DNA of 50,390 bases from Desulfuromonadaceae bacterium UBA2294 (GTDB lineage: Bacteria; Desulfobacterota; Desulfuromonadia; Desulfuromonadales; UBA2294). A program made the translations under genes and the position numbers. The DNA lies in contig DDWE01000026.1 in assembly GCA_002345625.1 (NCBI GenBank), positions 581 to 50,970 on the forward strand, read 5' to 3'. Positions 21,423 through 29,600 of this stretch are shown here, piece after piece (within the stretch, counting starts at the first letter, position 1; each line of letters starts with the position of its first letter). The notes under the pieces were generated by a model. The model did no database searches, was not told the DNA's origin, and saw nothing but the letters and a program-made list of their open reading frames with translations.

Positions 21423-22089
21423 TTTCAAGTTGCCCGTCACGCAGACGGACAACACGTTTGGCGTGGGCAATCACTTGCGGATCGTGGGAACTGAACAGAA
21501 AGGTGACGCCCTCTTTTTCATTCAGTTCGCGCATCAGGTTCAGCAGCTCTGCTGCCGTATGGGAATCGAGGTTGGCCGTCGGCTCGTCGGCCAGGATCAC
21601 GGCCGGTTTCGGGGCGATGGCGCGGGCAATGGCAACGCGCTGTTGCTGACCGCCGGAGAGCTCCCCCGGGCGCCGATTCTTGAGCTCGGCAATATCGAGA
21701 CGCTCAAACAGCTCGTCGATGCGGGCCCGTCGCTCGGCCGGCGCGATCCCCTGCAACAGGAGGGTAAATTCGGCATTCTCCGCCGCCGTCAGAACCGGGA
21801 TCAGGTTGTAGGACTGGAAGATGAAGCCGATACGATGCAGCCGGAAATCGGCCAACTGGCGCGAGGAGAGATCGTCGTAGTTGACGCCATCGACGGCAAT
21901 AGCGCCTTCCGTTGGACGATCGAGGGCTCCGACCATATTGAGAATAGTGGTTTTGCCGCTGCCGGACGGACCGGCGAGAACGGCGAAATCCCCCGCCTTG
22001 ATAAACAGGCTGAGTTCAGAGAGGGCGGCGATGTGCTGGCTGCCGCTGGTATAAATTTTGGTCACATTGCGCAGTGCGATAAGGGACAT
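21400..22089 (-). CDS. ABC transporter ATP-binding protein (LolD/MacB type)
   Basis: Walker A GPSGSGKTT, signature LSGGQQQRVAIARA and Walker B ILADEPT are all present. Confidence 0.93.
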   Translation of the reverse strand: MSLIALRNVTKIYTSGSQHIAALSELSLFIKAGDFAVLAGPSGSGKTTILNMVGALDRPTEGAIAVDGVNYDDLSSRQLADFRLHRIGFIFQSYNLIPVLTAAENAEFTLLLQGIAPAERRARIDELFERLDIAELKNRRPGELSGGQQQRVAIARAIAPKPAVILADEPTANLDSHTAAELLNLMRELNEKEGVTFLFSSHDPQVIAHAKRVVRLRDGQLENDVRQPL

Positions 22090-22196
22090 GCCGGTGTTTC
22101 TCCGTTAGCGGCGAGGTGTGAGCCGCGATTTTATGATGTCACTACAGCGGTATAAAACAAAAGCGTTCAAAACATAATTAAAAGTCAAACCCGATC

Positions 22197-22273
22197 ATCA
22201 CGAAGGAGACGAAGCACACGAAGAGAGGCAGACACCCTTGTTTTAACTTCGTGCTCTTCGTGCCCTTCGTGGT
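22197..22273. repeat. Imperfect inverted repeat built from 9-nt CACGAAG-containing units, lying inside an operon gap
   Basis: The left arm (22197-22223) is ATCACGAAGGAGACGAAGCACACGAAG. The right arm (22247-22273) is CTTCGTGCTCTTCGTGCCCTTCGTGGT. The reverse complement of the right arm matches the left at 22 of 27 positions. The loop is 23 nt. Confidence 0.7.
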
Positions 22274-22300
22274 GAACAGCTCTTGCAGATTTTTTTGTCT

Positions 22301-23533
22301 TCAGCTATTGCGCATCGCCACCGCTGGCGCAGTGCGGGCCGCGCGGTTGGCCGGGTAGAAAGCGGCCAGCGCAGCGAGCAGCGGCATCAGAATCGCCATG
22401 CGTAGCATGTACTCGAAATCCCAGGTGGCGCGCAGGACCGGGTCGAAAATGACGCCACCGAACTCCATCGACTCGGGCAGAAAGCGGCGCAGGTCGATGC
22501 CGACATCGGTCAGGTACCAGGTCAGCAGGCTGCCGAGTGCGCTCCCGAGAAGCATGGCGATCAGGCCGAGCAGGAGCGCTTCGCACAACACCATGGCACG
22601 CAGACGCCAGGGGCTGGCTCCGAGGGCTAACAACAGGCCGAACTCCGGCAATCGTTCCATCACCGCCATCAGCAGGGTATTGACGACACCGATGCTGACA
22701 ATGGCGACAATGACCAGAAAAATGAATTTTTGACTGGCATAGTCGAGCTTGATTGCATTGGCGAGGTTCGGCATCGCCGCATCCCAGGGGATCGCCTGAA
22801 GGTCACCCGGCGGCAACAGGGCGCGCACCCGTTGCAAGACGGCACCGCTCTCATCCGGACGATTGAGCATGATGGCGATTTCGTGCACGGCATCCGGACG
22901 CCCGGCGAGGAGGGCGGCACGTTGCCGTCCGACCATAACCAGTGATCTGTCGATATTGCGGATCCCCGATTCGACGGTGCCGCGGACAAACAGCAGTTCG
23001 CTGGCCAGTTCCCCGTCGGCGCCCTGGGCGGTGACGACAAACTTCTGACCGATTTCAAGGCGCAGTTCCTGCAACAGTCGACTGCCGATCAGCGCGTCGC
23101 GGCCATCGGCACTCGGCAGCAGGGCCGGCAGGTCGAGTCGACGCAATAGCGGGTTGACCAGCCCTTCGGCGGTCGGATCGATGCCGGTGAGCAGAATCCC
23201 CCGACTCTCCCGGCTCGATTGTGCCAGCGCCGGCAGGTAGAGTCGCTCGACCACCCCGTCGACGCCGGGAAGTGCCGCAATCTTTTGCGGCAGGTCTGCC
23301 GGCACAAAGGTGAGGCGGTCGTCGCGGCTGACGGCATAGTCGCCGCGGTAGATGGAGATATGGCCGGAACCGGCGCGAACGCCGTTGTCGATCATCTGCG
23401 CATAAACGCCAAAGGAGAGGTTGTGAAAGCCCTGCACCAGCATGAGGCTGAAACTCATGGCGATCAGGGTGATCAGGGTTCGACGGCGATTCCGCCAGAG
23501 ATTGCGCCAGGCTAAAGTGAGCGTCATCATCAA
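22301..23533 (-). CDS. ABC transporter permease, FtsX/LolC-LolE/MacB family
   Basis: 410 aa. Begins LAWRNLWRNRRRTLITLIAMSFS (TM1), followed by a large periplasmic loop and then three C-terminal TM segments. Confidence 0.88.
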   Translation of the reverse strand: MMMTLTLAWRNLWRNRRRTLITLIAMSFSLMLVQGFHNLSFGVYAQMIDNGVRAGSGHISIYRGDYAVSRDDRLTFVPADLPQKIAALPGVDGVVERLYLPALAQSSRESRGILLTGIDPTAEGLVNPLLRRLDLPALLPSADGRDALIGSRLLQELRLEIGQKFVVTAQGADGELASELLFVRGTVESGIRNIDRSLVMVGRQRAALLAGRPDAVHEIAIMLNRPDESGAVLQRVRALLPPGDLQAIPWDAAMPNLANAIKLDYASQKFIFLVIVAIVSIGVVNTLLMAVMERLPEFGLLLALGASPWRLRAMVLCEALLLGLIAMLLGSALGSLLTWYLTDVGIDLRRFLPESMEFGGVIFDPVLRATWDFEYMLRMAILMPLLAALAAFYPANRAARTAPAVAMRNS

Positions 23534-23535
23534 GG

Positions 23536-24762
23536 TCAGTCCATCCTGATCGCGGCGACCGGTTGCAGCCGGGCGGCCCGTCGGGCCGGGAACACCCCGG
23601 CGATCAACGTGGTGAGCAGCAGCATCAATGTCGGGTCGAGCAGGTTGCGCAGCTCAAGGACGGTGTGCAGGCGTGGCGGCAGGGTGCCGCCGGCGTAGCT
23701 GATCGGTGTAATCCAGGCCGAGAGATCGAGTCCGTTATCGCGCATGAGCGCACACAGCACCAACCCACCGGCAACGCCGAGGCTGGCTCCGAGCAGCCCG
23801 AGCAGGATCGATTCAAGCAGCACCAACAGGCGAATGCGTCCCGGTCGCAGACCGATGGCCATCAGGATGCCGAATTCGCGGGTGCGCTCCATCACCGACA
23901 TGAACAGGGTATTGAGGACGCCAAGGCCGGTGGCGAAATAGAGGATGACGCTGAAGATCATCCGACTGACATCAAAGGAGGCGATCGCTTCGCGCATCTG
24001 GGGCAGCAGGGTCCCCCAATCGACGATGCTCACCCCTTCGGGCAGCAGTGGGCGCAGGCGCGCGGCAGTTTCTGGTGCCGACATCGGATCGGCGATCGCC
24101 AGCGCCACCTCATGAACCTGCCCCGGCAGGGCCAGGGTGCGTTGCAGCCAGCCAAGCGGAACCAGCAGCAGGCCGTTATCATGCGCACTGTCACCGGTCT
24201 TGAAGATGCCGCGGACAATCAGCAGGTCGTTGCCGATGGAACCGTCGGCGGCCTGGGTGACAAAAACCAGCTCGGCGCCGGGTTTGACCCCGAGGCGTCG
24301 GGCCAGGGTTTCACCGATGATGGCGCCGCGGTCATCTCCATCGTTTAACGCTGAGCCGGCAACCAGCTGCCGTTGCAAACTGGTGACGCCGGCCTCCTGG
24401 CTCGGGTGGACGCCGAGCAGTTCCGCCGGGTAGCTGTTGTCGGTGTGGGAGATCAGGCCGTAGCCGCGCAGGCGGGGCGATAGTCCGGTCACCTGGTCGC
24501 TGTCTGCGAGCCTCTCAATAAGGGGGAGATCGGTTTCAGCCAGCGTGGTGTAGAGATCATGGTTCTCCTGATAATCGCCTTCGCTGATCACCAGGTGACC
24601 GTGATACTGCTCGGTCGCCGAAGCGAGGATATCGCGCAGCATACCGGAGAAGATACTCAGGGCGAGGATCAGCAGGGCGAGGGAGACGATCATGGCTGAC
24701 AAGGTCAACAGCGAACGACGACCGTTGCGCCACAGATTTCGATATGCAAGAGAGAACAGCAT
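23536..24762 (-). CDS. ABC transporter permease, FtsX/LolC-LolE/MacB family
   Basis: 408 aa. Begins LAYRNLWRNGRRSLLTLSAMIVS and has the same topology as its neighbour. The gap to the next gene is 2 nt. Confidence 0.88.
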   Translation of the reverse strand: MLFSLAYRNLWRNGRRSLLTLSAMIVSLALLILALSIFSGMLRDILASATEQYHGHLVISEGDYQENHDLYTTLAETDLPLIERLADSDQVTGLSPRLRGYGLISHTDNSYPAELLGVHPSQEAGVTSLQRQLVAGSALNDGDDRGAIIGETLARRLGVKPGAELVFVTQAADGSIGNDLLIVRGIFKTGDSAHDNGLLLVPLGWLQRTLALPGQVHEVALAIADPMSAPETAARLRPLLPEGVSIVDWGTLLPQMREAIASFDVSRMIFSVILYFATGLGVLNTLFMSVMERTREFGILMAIGLRPGRIRLLVLLESILLGLLGASLGVAGGLVLCALMRDNGLDLSAWITPISYAGGTLPPRLHTVLELRNLLDPTLMLLLTTLIAGVFPARRAARLQPVAAIRMD

Positions 24763-24769
24763 GTAAGGG

Positions 24770-25504
24770 TCAGTTTTTCAGGTTGCGCAGGGAGAAGAAA
24801 GCAGCTTTGATCGAGATATCGAAGTCGATGGCATCGTAATGGATCACGGTCTGTTCATTTGGCTTGTCCAGCGGTTGCACTGTCATCCGCAACGGAATGA
24901 CGCGTCCAGCGACGCGGGTGACCTCGTCAAAGACGATCTCCCGCACCGGGACCATTTTTTCGTCAAAATAGGTGACCCGACCCGGAACCTCTTGCGGCCG
25001 GATGATTTCATAGACCACCTTGCCCCAGATCACCGCTGCATCCGGTTTCGGCAGACAGGCAATGCGATACTGCTCCGGAGTCTCCTCGAGCAGCTCAAAG
25101 GTGTAGTCTTCATCGATGTGGTTGGCCTTGACCAGATCGTCGTTGGTGATGTGACTCCCCATCCAGGCCCCACCCATCATCGAGGGGGGGACCTTGATCA
25201 CCCGATCGACCTTCGGCAGATAGTTCCAGACATTGCGCTCGACCTTGAGGGTTGCGACGCCCGCCTCTTTGGCCGGCGCCAGAATCCGTACCAGAAAATG
25301 CTCCCGCCCCAGCGACCACGACTCCATGGTCAGGGAGCGCTCCCAGTGCTCGGCGCGTACCTGCATGGTCATGACGGTCTTGGACGACAGGCCCATGTAC
25401 TGTTGCTCAATTTTACGGATCAGTCCGCGCAGACCGGCGGCCGCTGCCAAGCTCGGCAGCAACAGAAAAATGATTAGAAAGGCGAACCGGGATGGACGAC
25501 GCAT
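24770..25504 (-). CDS. LolA-like outer-membrane lipoprotein-sorting (carrier) protein
   Basis: 244 aa with a signal peptide. The motif VWNYLPKVDRVIKVPPSMMGGAWMGSHITNDDLVK is typical of the LolA_like family. Confidence 0.8.
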   Translation of the reverse strand: MRRPSRFAFLIIFLLLPSLAAAAGLRGLIRKIEQQYMGLSSKTVMTMQVRAEHWERSLTMESWSLGREHFLVRILAPAKEAGVATLKVERNVWNYLPKVDRVIKVPPSMMGGAWMGSHITNDDLVKANHIDEDYTFELLEETPEQYRIACLPKPDAAVIWGKVVYEIIRPQEVPGRVTYFDEKMVPVREIVFDEVTRVAGRVIPLRMTVQPLDKPNEQTVIHYDAIDFDISIKAAFFSLRNLKN

Positions 25505-25580
25505 GGGTCAAAAACCTCAAGGTATGAATGCCTGGGCATTATAGCCGGATGCGGTGGGTAATACTACAGCGAAGAGGGTT

Positions 25581-26186
25581 TTAGCCCTGCCGTTTTTCGG
25601 CGACGAAAAGGCGCGGCGCCGTCGGGCAGTTGCCGACCTCGATCCGTAACACATCCCACTCGTCACGCTTAAGGGATCCAAACCAGGCCTCAACCGCCGC
25701 TGATTCCTGCTCTCCACCGACGTGTCCCGGATAGGCGACGACCGCCAGGCGTCCGCCGCTGGCAAGTCGTGCGGCGACCTGGTCGAGGGCGCGCAGGGTG
25801 GTCGATTCTTGAGTCAGGGTCCGATGGTCGCTCCCCGGCAGGTAGCCGAGGTTGGCGATCACCGCCTTGGGTGCCCCGGGCAGAAAGAAGGCGCAGTCTT
25901 CGTGCCCGGCGGCGATGAGGTAGACGCCGGGTGCCGGTTGCCCTCGAGCCGGTTCCATCCCGTGATAGACCTCTATCCCGGCCTGTTGCAGGCGGGTGGC
26001 CGTGCTGTCCAGCGCAACGGTGTCGATATCGAAGGCCAACACGCAGCCGTGCGGGGCGACGGAGCGGTACAGAAACAGGGTGTCGTGGCCGTTGCCGGCG
26101 GTGAGGTCTACGGCCAGGTCGCCGGCCTGCAGCACGTCAGCGAGCAGGTTCTGGGCCAGGGGGACGATGCGGGTCAGACGGGTCAT
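25581..26186 (-). CDS. Class I SAM-dependent methyltransferase (putative rRNA/tRNA methylase, YtqB-like)
   Basis: 201 aa. Contains DLTAGNGHDTLFL (a motif I-like glycine loop) and FDIDTVALDST. Confidence 0.7.
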   Translation of the reverse strand: MTRLTRIVPLAQNLLADVLQAGDLAVDLTAGNGHDTLFLYRSVAPHGCVLAFDIDTVALDSTATRLQQAGIEVYHGMEPARGQPAPGVYLIAAGHEDCAFFLPGAPKAVIANLGYLPGSDHRTLTQESTTLRALDQVAARLASGGRLAVVAYPGHVGGEQESAAVEAWFGSLKRDEWDVLRIEVGNCPTAPRLFVAEKRQG

Positions 26187-26195
26187 GATGTGAGG

Positions 26196-26525
26196 TCAGC
26201 GGTAGCGGATGATGCGGGCTTTTTCGAGGGTGACCAGACCGCTGCCGATGAGCCCGTCAAGCTTGGGGAGCACGGCGTCGATGTTTTCTGCGGTGTCGAC
26301 CACTTCGATCACCACCGGCAGGTCGGCAGCCAGGCGCAGGTAGCGATCGGAGTGCAGGGCGCTGCCGACACCAAACCCGGCGGCCCCTTTAAGCACAGTC
26401 GCTCCGGCCAGGCCTTCAGCGAGAAACAGTTCCAGCAGCACCTCCATTAAAGGGCGGCGACCAGACCGGTCGTTCTCACCGATAAAGATGCGCATCAGGG
26501 TCTGCTCTTCCACGTTGTAGGTCAT
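26196..26525 (-). CDS. DUF190 (UPF0166, PII-like) protein
   Basis: Start taken at ATG 26525 (MTYNVEEQTLMRIFIGENDR), which follows an AAGGGAGAG SD. Contains GATVLKGAAGFG, typical of DUF190. Confidence 0.75.
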   Translation of the reverse strand: MTYNVEEQTLMRIFIGENDRSGRRPLMEVLLELFLAEGLAGATVLKGAAGFGVGSALHSDRYLRLAADLPVVIEVVDTAENIDAVLPKLDGLIGSGLVTLEKARIIRYR

Positions 26526-26661
26526 AAGCTCTCCCTTTGCCAAGTGATGCAATACCGTTTCCGCTCAATTCTAGCAGATAAAAGATGTTTGGGATTCTGC
26601 GGTATTTACGTCGATTGGTACAGGCTTTTTTCAAAGCCCGCCTACAAGTAGAGTTTGAAGA

Positions 26662-29600
26662 TTACAGCCGGTCGATCCAGGACAGGGCGTCCTTAACCGA
26701 GGTCTGGTCGAATTTGAAGCGGAAGTTCAGGTAGGGGCCCTGGGCCGTGTAGTTGCCCTGGGCGAAATCGTCGTCACGATAACCGGTGACGTTGTAGCCG
26801 AGGCTGACCCAGAGATTTTCCGCCGGATTGTAGCCGACCGAGCCCCCACTGCGCCAGTCGATTTGGCCGATCTCCCAGGTGTGCAGGGCTCCACCGTGCA
26901 CGCCGACATCCCATTTCTGACCAAGGTCGCGCCGGTATTCGGCCGAGAGCAGATCGGTGTAGCCGCTCCAGGTCTGATCAAGCAGGTCCTCGCTGACAAA
27001 TTTGCAACCATACTGGAACGATAACTGATTGATCCGGTCCGGCTTGTAGTTGGCGTGTAGGTTGTTGATCACGCGCCAGCTGCGCGAGCCGCCGCTGCCA
27101 CCGGTCTGTTCACTATGGGTATCGAGCCGATCAAGGAGAATCCAGCGGCTGCGGTCGGGACGCCAGACTCCGCTGAGGCTGATCTCGACATTGTTTGAAT
27201 TGCCGCCGGCACGCTCCGAACGGTACAGGGTGGTGCGAGCGCCGAGACCGACTCCGGGCTGGATCCGGCCGGTGATGCCACTGGCGAGCCCGTAGCGGTC
27301 TTCGCTGTCAGAGGTACGGAATTCTGCGCGATTCCACCATTTCCAGTTTTCGCCTTCGGTCGCGCCACCGAGGGCCAGGGCGGTAAAGTCATCGTCCGCG
27401 GCGGCTCCCGGAACGGCCGGATTGTAGCGGTCGGTGCTGTTGCTCAAGGCCTGGGCCCGATCGAAGGAGAAATCGAGGGTCCAGCGTTTGACCTGCCATG
27501 ATTGCTGCAGACCAAACAGGGCAAGGAGACGGCTGCTGTTGTCGTCATTGACGGTACGTTGTACCGAGCTGTCGATGCGTCCGCCCTGCCAGGGGGTGGA
27601 ACGCAGACCGAGACGACTGCTGTTGCCGCCGCCGGAATCGCTGTGGATAAACTCCTGCTCACCGTAGATCGACAGCGGCTGCATCACTTTGAATTCAGCG
27701 CCGAGCAGGGTGCGCGTCGGGTAATCGACGTTTTCGTTGTTGCCGATCGCCTGCTCGTGGCGTGCCTGGAGGTTCAGGCGGCGCAGCGGCTGCCATTCGC
27801 TGCCAGCAAAGACCTGGTTGGAAGGGAGGTGACTGCCATCGGCCAGTCGGTCTTCGGCGCGGCGCGCACCAACGCGCAGGTTGGATTTGGCCTGTTGCAG
27901 GGTGACGGCCCCCTCAATGACATTGCGCCAGGCGTTGGTGTCAATGCGCTCTTCGCGGCTGATCAGACCCTCAACCCCGAGCTGTTTGTTCAATTGATAA
28001 TCGGCCTGGGCGCCGATTTTGCGCGTCGAATCTTCACCGGCGCTGGTTTGGCCGAGCCCGAAACCGCTCTCTTGTTCGCGCCACCAGACCTGACTGTTGA
28101 ACCGGTTGGAAGAGTGCTTGAGTTCGGTCAGCCAGGCGGTGGCGTTGTTGTCAACACCGAGATTGCGATTTTCTGTTCTGGCCAGTTCGGCCCGCAGGAC
28201 AGTGGCGTCAGTCAGGTTCAGCGTGACGTCGCTGCCGTAGAGACTCCCTTTCTTGCTGCCGAGCTCTTCACGCACGTAGGTGGCACCGATTTCGGCACGA
28301 TTGCCCAGTCGGGTGGCGGCGCGGCCACCATAGGTCATGGCACTTTCACTGCCACTGGGGACTTCGTAATCGACGACAATAAAGATCGGGTTGAAGTCGG
28401 CATCGCGGCTTGGGACCGGAGCCTTGAAAAACAGGGTGCCGCTGTAGGGGTCGAGGTCGTAGTCGACGTATCGGGTCAACGGGCGCTGCAGCAGGACAAC
28501 GTCGCTGCGGAAGCGATCACGGGTCTCCAACATCAGCTTGTCGGAGTTTTCAACGATCAATGTATGGCTCAGGCGGTAAAGGCCGGAGGTGCCATCCCCC
28601 TGAATTTCATCGCGGACGAAGGCCTGGCCGGTGTCGCTGGCAAAGGCAACAGCGTCGCCTTGCTTGCCGTGCCACTCGGTCTTCACCCCGGTTAAACTGC
28701 GGCTGTAGCGCGAGAGCTCGGTGACGGTCAGGCCGGTGTCGAAGTCGCCGAACAGCGCATAGAACTGATCGCGTTCGATCTTTAAAAACAGGTTGCGGCT
28801 GGTGCTGGCGTCGTTGTGTTGAACACTGGCGTCACCGTAGAGCAGGTAGTAGCGGTTCGGGTCGATATCGTCGTGCAGGCTGCGCCCCTCGCGGTTTGGC
28901 CGGGCGCTGTCGTAAGCGGCGGTGACCAGCCATTTCCCCTGTACTTTCCCCTTGGCGTAGAAGGCGACGCGACCATCGTTGTAGAGATCCTCCTCCACAT
29001 CGGCGGCCGATTCCATGTTGCCGCTGATGGTGTTGTAGCCGACCGTCCCTTCTGCCAGGCCGACCAGGATCCAGTCCTTACGCTGCTCGCCGCCGACATC
29101 AACCGTCAAGTCGATGGTCTGGTCGACATAGACCAGTTGACTCTGATAACGCCCGCTGGCCATCACCGGCGCGAAGCGGACAATCCCATCCTCGCCGACA
29201 TCGATGGTCGAGGCCGATTCTGGTTGGTCAAAAGCACCGACCTGGTTACGCCAGGGACGCAGATCACCGCCATGGATTTCAACCGTGAACGGGGTGGCCA
29301 GAACCGATCCCTGTTCGTCCAGTGCCTGCAAACGGATCTGCAGCGGTGTGCGCCCGTCGGCGACATTCCCGGCGACATCAGCAACGACCAGACTGGCGAT
29401 GCCGCCGGTGCGCAGCAGTTTAATCGTCTGCTCGAAACGGGGATTGCCAAACGGATCGATCCCCTGCAGCACCAGATTGTGTGCTCCCGGGGCGCCGAGA
29501 TCGACGCCGATGTAGGTGTAGGTTGTCTGGCCGCTCTCGCTATCGGCGAGGGTCGCACCGATTTTTCCGGGCGCAATCTCTACCGTATCGAGCAGCAGGC

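Noticed and set aside
22197-22273. A CRISPR-like array, considered because of the short repeated units.
   Set aside because: The units are 9 nt and contiguous, with no spacers, and they are arranged as two inverted arms. No cas genes are present. This is a hairpin-type repeat, not CRISPR.
26196-26525. DUF190 as a marker of a fluoride-resistance (crcB) locus or fluoride riboswitch.
   Set aside because: No crcB-like small membrane-protein gene is adjacent, and no crcB-motif-like leader is evident. The upstream 26526-26661 region contains only a weak 6-bp hairpin.
26600-26661. A terminator after gene D (GGCTTT-TTTC-AAAGCC).
   Set aside because: The stem is only 6 bp and AT-rich, and there is no T-tract on the minus strand. 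It is too weak to call.
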